A stretch of DNA of 64,000 nucleotides from an uncultured Nitrososphaerota archaeon (GTDB taxonomy: Archaea; Thermoproteota; Nitrososphaeria; Conexivisphaerales; DTJL01). Position numbers and translations under genes: made by a program. Shown here in pieces: positions 18,504 to 28,474 of this stretch (position 1 is its first letter; each line of letters begins with the position of its first letter). The notes beneath the pieces are model-generated. The model made no database searches, was not told where the DNA came from, and was given only the letters and a program-made list of their open reading frames with translations. The stretch is taken from assembly GCA_963842885.1 (NCBI GenBank), contig CAWJIE010000004.1, positions 224,001 to 288,000 of the forward strand, in the 5' to 3' direction.

Positions 18504-20561
18504 TCAGGCAAGGGGAGCAGTAGCCCCACCGCATAGGCCGCAGCGCTCAGTTCCAGCGACTTCCTTGTTTCCGCATTTCTTGCATAGAGCTATCAGCGGT
18601 CTGATAGTGAAGTGGGGGAGGCGCACATTTGCCTTTTCGATGAGCTTGGCAGCGTCGTTCAGGTCGGTGATTGGAAGGGACAGCCGCGCAAGCACTCCTC
18701 CGCCGATACTGCCGTCCAAGTCGTCCAGCCGCGCACCTGTGGACTCCGAATCCAGCTCCTTCGAGTCGATGGAGAAGGCCTGGCCGTACTGCGAAATGCT
18801 GAGGTTCTTCATCTTGGCCCTCCCGAACCTTTCGACATCGAGCTGGGGGAACCGGATGGCGCTGTCGTCGATGGTCAGCACCAATGCGAACTTCTCATCG
18901 CCCTCCTTGCCAGCCGTTTCGAGGTACTGGTTTGCCGAGATAATCGTCTTCTCCTGCAGCTCCGCCAGCTCCTTGGTGGACGAATCTGGGCTTACCAGCT
19001 TGAGCGAATCCTCGAGCCCTGTCAGGTTCACCCTCAACAGGGGAGACTCGGAGTAGAGGAGGTTGCTCAGGACGTCGAGGGCAGGGAGGAGGCCGTTCTT
19101 CATGTTGTTCTGTATGAGGCGGCGCCTCACCCGTAGCGCGTTGACGGCGTTTTCGAGTTGCATCGTGACCCGGGCGCGGAAGTATACCTCGTCGTTGTGA
19201 GCGTCAAGAGCTATGCGCGGAAGGTTGATCGATATAGAGTCCAGGACCACGGGGCCGCCCTTCTTGAAGTCGTCGACGCTCAGGCCCTGGAAGGTCCTCC
19301 GGCGGCCACTCCCCTTGGACAGGGATATCATCCCGTTGTTCCTCGCTATCTCGGCCAGAGGCCTGTAGGCTGACTTCTCCAGTTTCTCGGAGTTGATGAT
19401 GGCCAGACCTATCGAAGGTGATGGGGTCGCCTTGACGTAGTCCAAGTATCCTCTGAAGAGTGAGTTGAAGATGCCGCCGGTCGTCTTCGCTGCGTCCACT
19501 TCGAGCTCGACCTTTGGACGCTCCGAGCCCTCCGGATAGGCATAGGCCATGAGATAGAAGAAGGAAGAGTAACCCTTGGCGTCGAGGTCAAGCTTCTGAG
19601 CGAGATCTGTGAAGCCCGCAAGGAAGATCTCTCTCCCCGCCTCGCGCGTCAGCAGATAGCTGAGCGACAATAGCTTGGTCAGGTTCTCTTCGTCCGTGTT
19701 GTCGTAGCCTTCTCTGGGCGTGTGAGGGAACTTCGCGCCCAGGCGTGACAGGGAAAGCGACTGGTCGCTGATGTTGATGAACAGAGCATCAGGACGTAGC
19801 CCCCAGTAGTTGACGTTGGCGATGTGGATGTCGCCTGAAAGATGGGAGTCTACGACGTCTCGGGGCAGCTGTATCAGCATGAGGTACTCTGAGAGCACGG
19901 AGCCCGCCGTCTGGTTGAAGACGCCCTCAAGTCCGTAGGGCCCTTCGCCTAGCTTCTCGAGGTTCTCCGTTACGTCGTAGACGGGCATCCCTAGCCGGCT
20001 CAGGCGGTGCCGGTACTCCTCCAGACCCTCCTCGATCAGGATCGAGTTCACCAGCTCCCTGATCAGGGGGGCCGTGAGGTAGGCAGTCTGAAACTTGTAG
20101 ATCCTGGATTCGGCTTCGCTGGAGATCCTCTGGGCCAGCTCCACGGGCATCCCGGCCTCGGTGACAAGAGAATGGATTATCTTGTCGGTGGTGAACTCCT
20201 CCATCCTGTGGCGGGAGCTTCGGACGAAGAGCCTTCCGCTCTCCAGGAGGGCCTGCTCCTCTATCTGCTTCGCCGCGTTCAGGACCAGCCGACCCAGCGT
20301 GGTGAGCATGTACTTCCGCTCGGCCCGGTTCTGAGCTATCAGGTTCTGCCTGAGCAGCTTCCGAAGATGGTAGGCGAACTTGCCCGACTCCTTCTTCGAC
20401 TTGAATCCGGCCAGCGTCTTCAGCTCTGAATAAGTCATCGGCCCTTTGGCGTTGAGTATCTTCAGTATCTCAAGGCGGCTGGGGGAAGCGATGACGGAGA
20501 AGATAGTCTTCACGCGGCGAATGGAGACCTGAGTGCTCATAGAACCACTTATTGACATCAC
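18504..20561 (-). CDS. ArsR-like winged-HTH + ATP cone + degenerate NrdD-fold protein, predicted catalytically inactive (start could be 20558 or 20540)
   Basis: SRLEILKIL...FAYHLRKL HTH; VRSSRHRMEEF...LTAPLIRELVN cone; HLSGDIHI and SINLPRIA NrdD motifs; only 4 Cys, all in the terminal CKKC/CGLC. Confidence 0.85.
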   Translation of the reverse strand: MMSISGSMSTQVSIRRVKTIFSVIASPSRLEILKILNAKGPMTYSELKTLAGFKSKKESGKFAYHLRKLLRQNLIAQNRAERKYMLTTLGRLVLNAAKQIEEQALLESGRLFVRSSRHRMEEFTTDKIIHSLVTEAGMPVELAQRISSEAESRIYKFQTAYLTAPLIRELVNSILIEEGLEEYRHRLSRLGMPVYDVTENLEKLGEGPYGLEGVFNQTAGSVLSEYLMLIQLPRDVVDSHLSGDIHIANVNYWGLRPDALFINISDQSLSLSRLGAKFPHTPREGYDNTDEENLTKLLSLSYLLTREAGREIFLAGFTDLAQKLDLDAKGYSSFFYLMAYAYPEGSERPKVELEVDAAKTTGGIFNSLFRGYLDYVKATPSPSIGLAIINSEKLEKSAYRPLAEIARNNGMISLSKGSGRRRTFQGLSVDDFKKGGPVVLDSISINLPRIALDAHNDEVYFRARVTMQLENAVNALRVRRRLIQNNMKNGLLPALDVLSNLLYSESPLLRVNLTGLEDSLKLVSPDSSTKELAELQEKTIISANQYLETAGKEGDEKFALVLTIDDSAIRFPQLDVERFGRAKMKNLSISQYGQAFSIDSKELDSESTGARLDDLDGSIGGGVLARLSLPITDLNDAAKLIEKANVRLPHFTIRPLIALCKKCGNKEVAGTERCGLCGGATAPLA

Positions 20562-20614
20562 TTGCTATATCTAGGTCTAAAAAGGTTTACCACTCGGTTG
20601 GCTGCTGTGAAGGC

Positions 20615-20692
20615 TGGTGGGGCCGGGCGGATTTGAACCGCCGATCACCAGCGCCCGAGGCTGGTAGCGTAACCAAGCTAGCCCACGGCCCC
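20615..20692 (-). tRNA. trnP: tRNA-Pro(CGG), CCA encoded
   Basis: Reverse complement GGGGCCG...CCAGC-CT-CGG-GC-GCTGG...GGCGG-TTCAAAT-CCGCC-CGGCCCC-ACCA. Confidence 0.95.
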
Positions 20693-20818
20693 AAGAGACG
20701 AAGCTGGCGGCTGCCCGTCTGTGGCAGTTTCAACCGGCACTTTTAAGCTTGTATCATGTGGCCGGCTCTGGTCTTTTGATAAGTTTAAAGAAGCAAAGGC
20801 GCCGACTAGGAAATTCGG

Positions 20819-21895
20819 ATGAAGATCGTCGTCACCGGCATCAGCGGGGCGGGCCGCGGCTCCTACCTGTCAGAGGTCGAGGGCCTAGCCAGGGCGGACG
20901 GGAGGAGCATCAGGATCTTCGAGACCGGCGACATGATGTTCGAGACCGCCAAGAAGCTGGGCATCGAGATACCGGAGGATAAGATCCTTGACCTGTCACC
21001 TTCTACGTTGAACTTCCTTAGAACGACCGTATTCGAGCAGATCATTAGGGAGTCCAAGGAGGTGGAGGACATCGTCATCAGTACCCACGCGTGTTTTCGC
21101 TGGAAGAAGCACATCATCCAGGCCTTCGACTTCCACTACCTCGACCAGATTCGTCCTGACGTCTATGTTTCCATCATCGACTCCATCACTTCGATAAGGG
21201 CCCGGCAGGAAATGACGTCGCAGTGGAGGGGGCAGCTCTCCATGAAGGACATTCTGGTATGGAGAGACGAAGAGGTGTTCGTGACGAAGTCGATAGCGGA
21301 CTTTCAGAGGAGGACGTTCTACATCATACCCCGCGACGAACCCCCCGAGACGCTATTTCGCCTCCTCTATCGTCCGGGTACAAGGAAGGCGTACCTGAGC
21401 TACCCGATGACGCACACCGGAACGGATGAAGAAGATGTGAAGAGGAAGGACGCTTTCAGGGACAGGTTGCGCGACGCAGGGATGGTCGTGTTCGATCCCA
21501 TCTCCATAGGGGATGGCGAGCTCTTGGCTTTCTTGGCCGACGCTAGAAGCAAAGGGGAGAGGACGATAGCCTATTCGAAGGGGAGGACGACCGTGAAGTT
21601 CGACATAAAGGAGGCGGAGGAGGTGAGCGACGACGTCAACGACCAGATCGTCGCCAGGGATTATCAGCTCATCGACCAGAGCGACATGATAGTGGTCTAC
21701 TACTTTCTCCCCGTCATGTCGCCGGGAGTGCTTTCCGAGATGACCTATGGTTTCACGAACAAGAAGAACGTCTACGCCGTGTTCAAGGGTCAGGAGTCGC
21801 CATTCTTCAGATACTACTCCACCAAGATATTCCAAGACGAAGATGCCCTCCTTGGGTACCTGAAGGAGAAGGCTGGAGGGGAGCCAACCAGCTGA
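20819..21895 (+). CDS. Fusion of an archaeal adenylate-kinase-like P-loop domain and a nucleoside 2-deoxyribosyltransferase/N-glycosidase-like domain
   Basis: VTGISGAGR and ISTHACF (AdkA-like); AYLSYPMT, FDP, RDYQLIDQSD, SPGVLSEMTY (NDT-like). Confidence 0.75.
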   Translation: MKIVVTGISGAGRGSYLSEVEGLARADGRSIRIFETGDMMFETAKKLGIEIPEDKILDLSPSTLNFLRTTVFEQIIRESKEVEDIVISTHACFRWKKHIIQAFDFHYLDQIRPDVYVSIIDSITSIRARQEMTSQWRGQLSMKDILVWRDEEVFVTKSIADFQRRTFYIIPRDEPPETLFRLLYRPGTRKAYLSYPMTHTGTDEEDVKRKDAFRDRLRDAGMVVFDPISIGDGELLAFLADARSKGERTIAYSKGRTTVKFDIKEAEEVSDDVNDQIVARDYQLIDQSDMIVVYYFLPVMSPGVLSEMTYGFTNKKNVYAVFKGQESPFFRYYSTKIFQDEDALLGYLKEKAGGEPTS

Positions 21896-21909
21896 AGACG
21901 ACGATCTAC

Positions 21910-22323
21910 GTGGGCGGGCTGCTTATAGACGGGGGGAGCATCTTGCTGAAGACGGGAGGAGGGGCTTCCCAACAGTGGCTTCGCCCCCCAGGCAAGTACC
22001 TCGAGGGTGATGAGACCCTTGAGATGGCGGTGTCCAAGGGTTTCAAGGAGGAGACCGGATGGACGTGCGCCGTGAGGGACCTGGCTTACGTCATAGAGTC
22101 GTTCAAGGGCGACGGTGAACGGGAACTGGGCGTCTACTTCCTGGTCGGCGTTCCTTCGCTCAGGGACCGGAACGTCGTGGAGTCAGGGCTCCGATTTGTC
22201 TCAGTGGAGGATATGATAACGATGGATGTGCGCCCTGCCGTCCTGGCTGGGAAGATATTCGCAGACGAAAAGAGGGGCTCGTGTGGATCCGCCACCTACC
22301 TAGTCAACCACTGGAATGATTGA
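21910..22323 (+). CDS. Nudix hydrolase with a degenerate Nudix box
   Basis: PGKYLEGDETLEMAVSKGFKEETGW. Confidence 0.7.
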   Translation: MGGLLIDGGSILLKTGGGASQQWLRPPGKYLEGDETLEMAVSKGFKEETGWTCAVRDLAYVIESFKGDGERELGVYFLVGVPSLRDRNVVESGLRFVSVEDMITMDVRPAVLAGKIFADEKRGSCGSATYLVNHWND

Positions 22324-22426
22324 CGAAGCCGTCGTATGGCCGGCGGCCCAACTCAAACGTGGTCTATGAGGCCTCGGAAACCAAGTTCAAGGAGACGCTG
22401 TTCAGGATGCTCCGCGGCGAGCTCAG

Positions 22427-23239
22427 TTAGCGAGCGTGAGGCTTGCCTCGGGGAGGGGGTTCGGCCTCGAAGACAGGGTCGCTCTGCGATCTGAGCAGCC
22501 CGGACAATCCGATCAGCCCAAGCAGAACATATGGCGCCTCGAGGAGGTAGACGCCCGCCAGCGTGGTGCCAGACACATATACGTTGAGGAGTGGGACCGC
22601 GAAGTCTGCCACTGAAGCGTAGACCGTCGCGATCAGGAAGAGCCCCTTCACATTCCTCAAGGCCATGAACACCATCACTATGGCAAGGCACTCTATGCAG
22701 AGGTTCGACAGCCTGTCGATGATGGGCGCCCCGATGAAGGCGGCGCCTAGGGCATATTGGGCAGAGAGAGCCTGTTGCACTGATGGACTTAGAGTCCCCA
22801 TTACTGATGGATTCATCAGAATCTCCAGGATTCCGAGGAAACTGTTGAGCCCCAGGACCAAGGATTCGATGCCGGCGAACCCCAAGCCGAAGCCGACGGC
22901 ATCGTCGAAGGAAGCGCTGAACAATCTGAATCGCCTGGCCCATATCCAAGTGAACCCGGTCTCAGAGATGCCAGTCCTTATGCCGACGTACAGCCCGAGG
23001 ACCAACGCCGAAGCCAAAGCGCCGGCGCCCTGGACGGCTGCTGACAAGGAAGGTGTGACGACCCCATCCATGACCAACTTCAAGATGGCGGCCGATAGCC
23101 AGGCTATGGCGCCCAGGCCGAAGACCTTCCAGGAAACTCCATGCTTCCTCTGCCAGTAGATGACGGGGGCCAGCCCGATCATCACCATGCCGAGCCCGCT
23201 CAGGAGGAGGACCGGGCTGGGCTGCACCAAGGTCGCCAA
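22427..23239 (-). CDS. YhfC/PrsW-like intramembrane glutamic protease
   Basis: TGISE, GFGLGFAGIES, multiple TM helices. Confidence 0.75.
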   Translation of the reverse strand: MATLVQPSPVLLLSGLGMVMIGLAPVIYWQRKHGVSWKVFGLGAIAWLSAAILKLVMDGVVTPSLSAAVQGAGALASALVLGLYVGIRTGISETGFTWIWARRFRLFSASFDDAVGFGLGFAGIESLVLGLNSFLGILEILMNPSVMGTLSPSVQQALSAQYALGAAFIGAPIIDRLSNLCIECLAIVMVFMALRNVKGLFLIATVYASVADFAVPLLNVYVSGTTLAGVYLLEAPYVLLGLIGLSGLLRSQSDPVFEAEPPPRGKPHAR

Positions 23240-23265
23240 AGCGAGAGACCTAGGCCTATCCTGCC

Positions 23266-24139
23266 TTAAGCCTTGTTGGACAGGCTCTTCGCATAGGCCA
23301 CCAGGCTCCTGCAGACATCGGCCATGAACGCGTAGTTCAACCCGTCTGGAGCGTCTGAAGGGGCGTGATAGCCGGAGTACCTTGAGGCTCCGGTGTCAGT
23401 CAGCAACAGTGCCTGGTATCCGTTGGCCCAGAACGTAGCTTGATCCCCCCTGAGTCCTTCGGGGGAGGTTTCGCCCTTGCCGGGCAAGATGACAGGGAAA
23501 ATGGAGAGGCTGGCGACGGACGCCTTGTTGGAAGCGGAGAAGGTATCGGCCAGGCCCTTTGTCGCTTTCACAACCTACAACCGCAAGGAAGTCTCCTTCG
23601 GCTGGCAGCGCGACTGTTAGTCCCTCCGGGGTAGACTGTTTCATCTGGCCAGCCACGCCGACCGAATCAAGACAGATTGCCGCGCTGACGGGGATGCCCC
23701 TGGACTTCATGTTCGCCACCAGCCTTTCGCTGCCTCTCAGGCTGGACCCCTGCCACAGCTCTTTCATCGAGACCGCTGCGAAGAAGACGCGTACGGGAAT
23801 CCCCGAGCTACCTATGAGCCTGCTGGCCTCCAGCATGACGGCCACCCCGCTGGCGTTGTCCCCAGCGCCGGGAGATTTGTCCACGGTATCGTAATGAGCG
23901 ACGACGACCAGCGTCGGCGGGATGTGGAAACCTGCCGCCTTCTCACCCACTACGTTATGGAAGACGAGTTTCCCCGACCTCCAGCTCTGGTCCAACATGT
24001 AGCAGCCGCTCTCCATCATCTGATTCCAGATGTAGCCTCTAGCCTTTTCCAGTCCCTTCGGATTCGAATCCAGATGGCGCACGAAGTACAGGCTGGCGAC
24101 ATGAGACTTCAAGCGATCGAGAGAGACGTCCTCTGACAA
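23266..24139 (-). CDS. M28-family peptidase, frameshifted near 23572
   Basis: VVVAHYDT, PGAGDNASGVAVMLE, LDSVG, then a second frame with DQATFW...YHAPSD. Confidence 0.75.
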
Positions 24140-24204
24140 AATCGTTCAACAAATGCCTATGGAAATGAAAAATAAAAACCTTGGGCTGAAATGCGGTGCC
24201 TTCA

Positions 24205-26214
24205 CTATCGAGGCAGGAGCTCATCCTGATGGACAGGGGTCCTCTGAAGTCTCCTTCCGAGGACCTTCTCGAGGGCCCTGATAACGGCTGGGGGGAGGCC
24301 TGTCGTGGCCATTTCTCCTACGCCCTTGACGCGGAGCGCCTCCGAGGGTGGATGCTCCGCGAACCTAACAACGACGCGAGGGATTGATGATGCCAACGGG
24401 AGGCCAGCATCGGCCAAAGTTCCGGTTATCAGCTGTCCCTCCTCGCTGTACCAAGACTCCTCAGAGAGCGCCTGCCCGATTCCCTGGGCAGAACCGCCGA
24501 CGACCTGCGCTTCTGCGTTTTCCTTGTCAAGCACCTTCCCTATGTCATAGAAGGCGAGACACTCCTCAACCTTCGCCTCCCCTGTTTCGCTCAGGGAAAC
24601 CCTGACCAGGTTGGCTCCCAGGGAGCTGACGGGCTCGTTCATGTAATGAAAGACCTTGACATCGAAATCATGCTTCAGAAGCTCGTCGGGGGAGTTGGCT
24701 CCCACCTTCTTCGCCTGTTGCCGGATCTTCCCCGCAGCCTCGACCAGCGCCGCACTGGCCACTATGGCCGTCCTGCTCCCCCATGTGCCGACTCCTTCGT
24801 CCAGCTCATCCGTGTCACACGGCTCCAGCTTCACCGCTGACTCGGGGATTCCAAGCTCTTCCTTCAGCACCTCTCTGACCATAACCTCGTGTCGCTGCCC
24901 GCTCTGGCCGCCTCCGATCCAGACCCTGACCGAACCTCCCTTGATGGCTACCCTCGCTGACTCGCCAGGCTGCACGGCTGACAACAATATGAAACAGGAG
25001 AATCCAATATCCTTCTCCTTAGCCCGGCTCCAATACCCCAGCTGCTCAGCCGCCGTAGTGAGGAATGGTTTGAGGGGGTCAACCTTCAGACCCAGCGGCG
25101 AGACGAACTGCTTCGAGCTGGCGTTCCTAAGCCTAATCTCAACTGGGTCCTGCCTCAATTCGTCCGCCAGCAAGTCCATCATCCTCTCTATGAAGAAAGC
25201 TGCTTCGGGCCTTCCTGCGCCCCGATATGGCCCCAAGGGGACCTTGTTGGTGTAGACCGAGGCGGCATTGATGTACGCCTTCCCTATCGAGTAGGGGCCG
25301 GTCAGCAGGTACCCGATGAACATCGGAGCCGATGAACCCATTCCGCTAGCAAATGCCCCGTTATCGACGAGCACATCCGCCTTGAGCCCGCTGACGTGGC
25401 CTTCCCTGTCGGCGAACATCTTCATCCGAGCCCGCGCCCCCCGACCTTGGTTGGTGGCGAGAAGATGCTCCGACCTGGTCTCCACCCACTTCACTGGCTT
25501 TCGCGTCTTAATCGCCGCATAGCAGGCGACGGCGTATTCCGGGTAGAGGGAACTCTTGGCCCCGAAAGCACCTCCGGTATCCATCTGGATGACCCTCACG
25601 GCTTCCGCGGGAAGCTGCATGACGTCACAGATGGCCTCCTTCCATGTGTGAACGGATTGGGTCGAAGCCCATACGGTGAGCCTGGAGCCGTCGTAGCGGG
25701 CGACCATGCCGCGGGGCTCCATGGGATTGGGGGATATCCTGGCATTGACCAGGACGTCCTCCAAGACGATGGGAGAGTCATCGATGAAATCCTCTCCTAG
25801 CTGCACTTCGTTGACGATGTTGGACTTGATGCTGGGATGGATGGGCTCGAATGTCCTGGCCTCTTCGGGGTTGATAAGGGGCTTGAGCGGCTCGTAGTCG
25901 ACTTCGACCTCATCCAGGAGGTCCTCGGCCTCATAAGGGTCCTTCCCCAGGACGGCCGCGACGGACTGGCCGGAGTAGCTTACGTACTCGGTCGGCAGGG
26001 CGGGATATGCGACTGACACGGGACCTCCCCAGGCGCCCTCACCGACAGAGACGATGTTCGCCTTGAACTCCGAGCCGGTTATACCGCCTTTGACCTTCAG
26101 GATGCGTGCCCTGGCGTAGGGGCTCCGCACCATCTTGAGGTGAAGCATCCCTTCCAGCTTCAGATCGTCGACGAACCTCCCATTCCCCGAAAGGAACTTG
26201 TCCGATTCTCTCAA
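24205..26214 (-). CDS. Xanthine dehydrogenase-family molybdopterin subunit (CoxL/CutL-like, non-form-I)
   Basis: VRSPYARA, GGAFGAK, PYRGAGRPEA, GTWGSR, KGVGE. Confidence 0.88.
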   Translation of the reverse strand: MRESDKFLSGNGRFVDDLKLEGMLHLKMVRSPYARARILKVKGGITGSEFKANIVSVGEGAWGGPVSVAYPALPTEYVSYSGQSVAAVLGKDPYEAEDLLDEVEVDYEPLKPLINPEEARTFEPIHPSIKSNIVNEVQLGEDFIDDSPIVLEDVLVNARISPNPMEPRGMVARYDGSRLTVWASTQSVHTWKEAICDVMQLPAEAVRVIQMDTGGAFGAKSSLYPEYAVACYAAIKTRKPVKWVETRSEHLLATNQGRGARARMKMFADREGHVSGLKADVLVDNGAFASGMGSSAPMFIGYLLTGPYSIGKAYINAASVYTNKVPLGPYRGAGRPEAAFFIERMMDLLADELRQDPVEIRLRNASSKQFVSPLGLKVDPLKPFLTTAAEQLGYWSRAKEKDIGFSCFILLSAVQPGESARVAIKGGSVRVWIGGGQSGQRHEVMVREVLKEELGIPESAVKLEPCDTDELDEGVGTWGSRTAIVASAALVEAAGKIRQQAKKVGANSPDELLKHDFDVKVFHYMNEPVSSLGANLVRVSLSETGEAKVEECLAFYDIGKVLDKENAEAQVVGGSAQGIGQALSEESWYSEEGQLITGTLADAGLPLASSIPRVVVRFAEHPPSEALRVKGVGEMATTGLPPAVIRALEKVLGRRLQRTPVHQDELLPR

Positions 26215-26476
26215 GCTAGGCCTTCACCCCCGAGTGGGCGACGGGGTGAGAGAGGTCCAGCGTTCCCCTGCGCCGACGATCGACTTCTTTCGGCATCTTC
26301 TCACGGATGGAACGTCCCAATGACGTGTAGCGCTCTGCCAACGTCTTCTCGTGTTGGCCTTGGAGGGTAGTTAAGGATTAGCGCGTTCTCGATGTCGCGC
26401 ATCTCAGCCGCCAGGATGCTGGGCGACGTCAGGAAACCCGTATTAGACCATCGGCCGGAGGGAAGCAGGATAGGAT

Positions 26477-26930
26477 TTGGAGTTCGGAGGGATCCGAGCT
26501 CATACATGCGAAGAGGGAGGAGGTGTTCGATTTCATGGTTGACGCTCGGCATTTCTCCTCTGGGATCCCCGACATTCAGTCCGTCAGGGTCCTCAGCCCC
26601 GACAGGTTCAGTGTGACGGCTAAGCTCGGCATATCCGTCATCAGGTCGACGTTCGACATCGATTTCGAAGCTTCCGAGAAGACGGCGCCGTCACACGTCA
26701 AGCTGCTCGGACATGGCATCAGCGGAGGCAGCGCTTTGGACCTCGAATTGACGATCGACCTGGAAGATCGAAGCCCGTACACGGCTCTGAAGTGGATTGC
26801 CGTGGTCAGAGTTTCAGGGACCTTGGCCGCTCTGGGACAGAGGGTGCTCAGCGCTGTCGCCGACAGATTTGTGAGGGAGGTCTTCGGCAAGATACGTGCC
26901 GAGCTTGAAACCCCTGGCACGCAGGTCTGA
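26477..26930 (+). CDS. coxG: CoxG/SRPBCC-family protein; probable TTG start at 26477 with an extra G near 26486
   Basis: MEF/EGSELIHAKREEVFDF...IP...GTLAALGQRVL. Confidence 0.75.
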
Positions 26931-26960
26931 GATAGGGCCTTCAGGAGTCCGATCGGCATC

Positions 26961-27458
26961 CTAATCGTCGGCAGGCTTCCGGGATCTGGAGCCTCCACCG
27001 CTCTCCCGTACTGCAGAGGCCTGAATGATTGCTTGGACTATATTCGCGTATCCTGTGCACCGGCAGATGTTGCCCGAGATGGCCTTCCGGACCGAGTCCT
27101 CGTCCAGCTTGGAGTTCCTTGACAGCAAGTTGTATGAAGTCATCAGTAGTCCGGGGGTGCAGTAGCCGCACTGCACGGCAAGGCACTCGGAGAACGCCTT
27201 CTGCAGCGGATGAAAGCCCTCGTCGGTTGCAAGGCCCTCCGCGGTCAGGATGGAGGAGCCGTCGGCCTGGACGCCCAGCAGCAGACAGGACTTCACGGCG
27301 TTTCCGTCCAATATCACAGTGCAGGCGCCGCACCTCCCCTCATCGCACCCTTGATGCACGCTGAGGAACCCAAGGTCTCGGAGCACGTCCACAAGCAGGG
27401 TTCGGGGCGATGGGTCGACGTCTTGGAGCTTGCCGTTGACGGTGAGCTTGATATGCAT
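26961..27458 (-). CDS. 2Fe-2S subunit of the Mo-hydroxylase (CoxS-like)
   Basis: GCDEGRCGACTV, QCGYCTPG, GNICRCTGY. Confidence 0.92.
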   Translation of the reverse strand: MHIKLTVNGKLQDVDPSPRTLLVDVLRDLGFLSVHQGCDEGRCGACTVILDGNAVKSCLLLGVQADGSSILTAEGLATDEGFHPLQKAFSECLAVQCGYCTPGLLMTSYNLLSRNSKLDEDSVRKAISGNICRCTGYANIVQAIIQASAVRESGGGSRSRKPADD

Positions 27459-28327
27459 TCAGACGCCTCCAAATGCAGAAAGGAGGGCGCGCCTGGCGGC
27501 CAGGGATGCCATCTCGCGCCGGTAGGCCGCCCGGACCCTTGAATCAACCAGGGGTTCCCGAAGGTTGGAGCCAACGGCCTTGGCGGCTTCGAGGAGCGTC
27601 TCCTTTGACAACGTCTTGCCTACCAAGATGCCCTCGGCTTCGGTCAGCCGGACCGGGATGGCCGTGGCGGCACCGACGACTATGGTGGCCGATTCGCAGA
27701 CGGAGGCGTGAGCTTCCAGCAACACCGCCGCGATGGCCGTCGCGAAGCTTCCTCCCTGGCCGTGAATGACTTCGTAGCCCCAGGGAATCCCAAAGGGCTT
27801 CGGAATCCTGATCTCGGTGAGTATCTCGTCGGGGCCAAAGCATTTGTGAACATCTCCTTGAAGAAATCGGCCGCCCTAATCACCCTCTTTCCCCCAGCAC
27901 CGGTGGCGACCAGCTCGGCGCCCAAGGCAACAACGGCAGGCAAGTAGTGGGCGGCGGGATCGGCGTGGCAGAGGCTGCCACCAATGGTGCCCCTGTTTCT
28001 GACCTGATAGTCGCCGATGTCCTCCGCAGCCTTCGCCAGCATGGGACATCGAGCCCTTACGACTTCAGATGTGGAGAGCTCGTGATGCGTGGTCAGGGCT
28101 CCTATGGAGATCCCATCTTGGTTTTCCCTTACGTACGACAGCTTCCCCCTGAGGTGCTTGCCGATATCGACCAACATGGCGGGGCTGACCAGCCTGAACC
28201 TCATCAAGGGCAACAGGCTCTGGCCGCCTGCGATCACCTTCGCCCGGTCCGGATTCTCGACGATCAGGTGAAGCGCGTCTTCGATGGTGGCTGGCGCATA
28301 ATACTCAAAGGCCTTTGGATAGGGCAT
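27459..28327 (-). CDS. FAD-binding subunit of the Mo-hydroxylase (CoxM-like), frameshifted at the homopolymer near 27831-27834
   Basis: IAGGQSLLP, QVRNRGTIGGS, ADPAA; continues ...ALAP/DEILTEIRIP... to SAFGGV. Confidence 0.85.
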
Positions 28328-28474
28328 GTCCTGCGCGTCGGCATGATTCCGGACGACCCTTTAGACCTTATCCCGGGAATAGCACTGGTTTCCGTCGGAC
28401 AAGTCTCGACGGCGAACGTGGAGGTCTGTAGTTTGGGCCAAGCTTAATAGCCGCAGTCGTGAGATTTCAGACCC

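Noticed and set aside
18504-20561. Functional anaerobic ribonucleotide reductase NrdD
   Set aside because: No catalytic cysteines, no glycyl-radical motif and no activase gene in the window
24205-26214. True aerobic CO dehydrogenase (form I)
   Set aside because: The active-site loop is PYRGAGR and lacks the Cu-binding Cys of AYxCSFR
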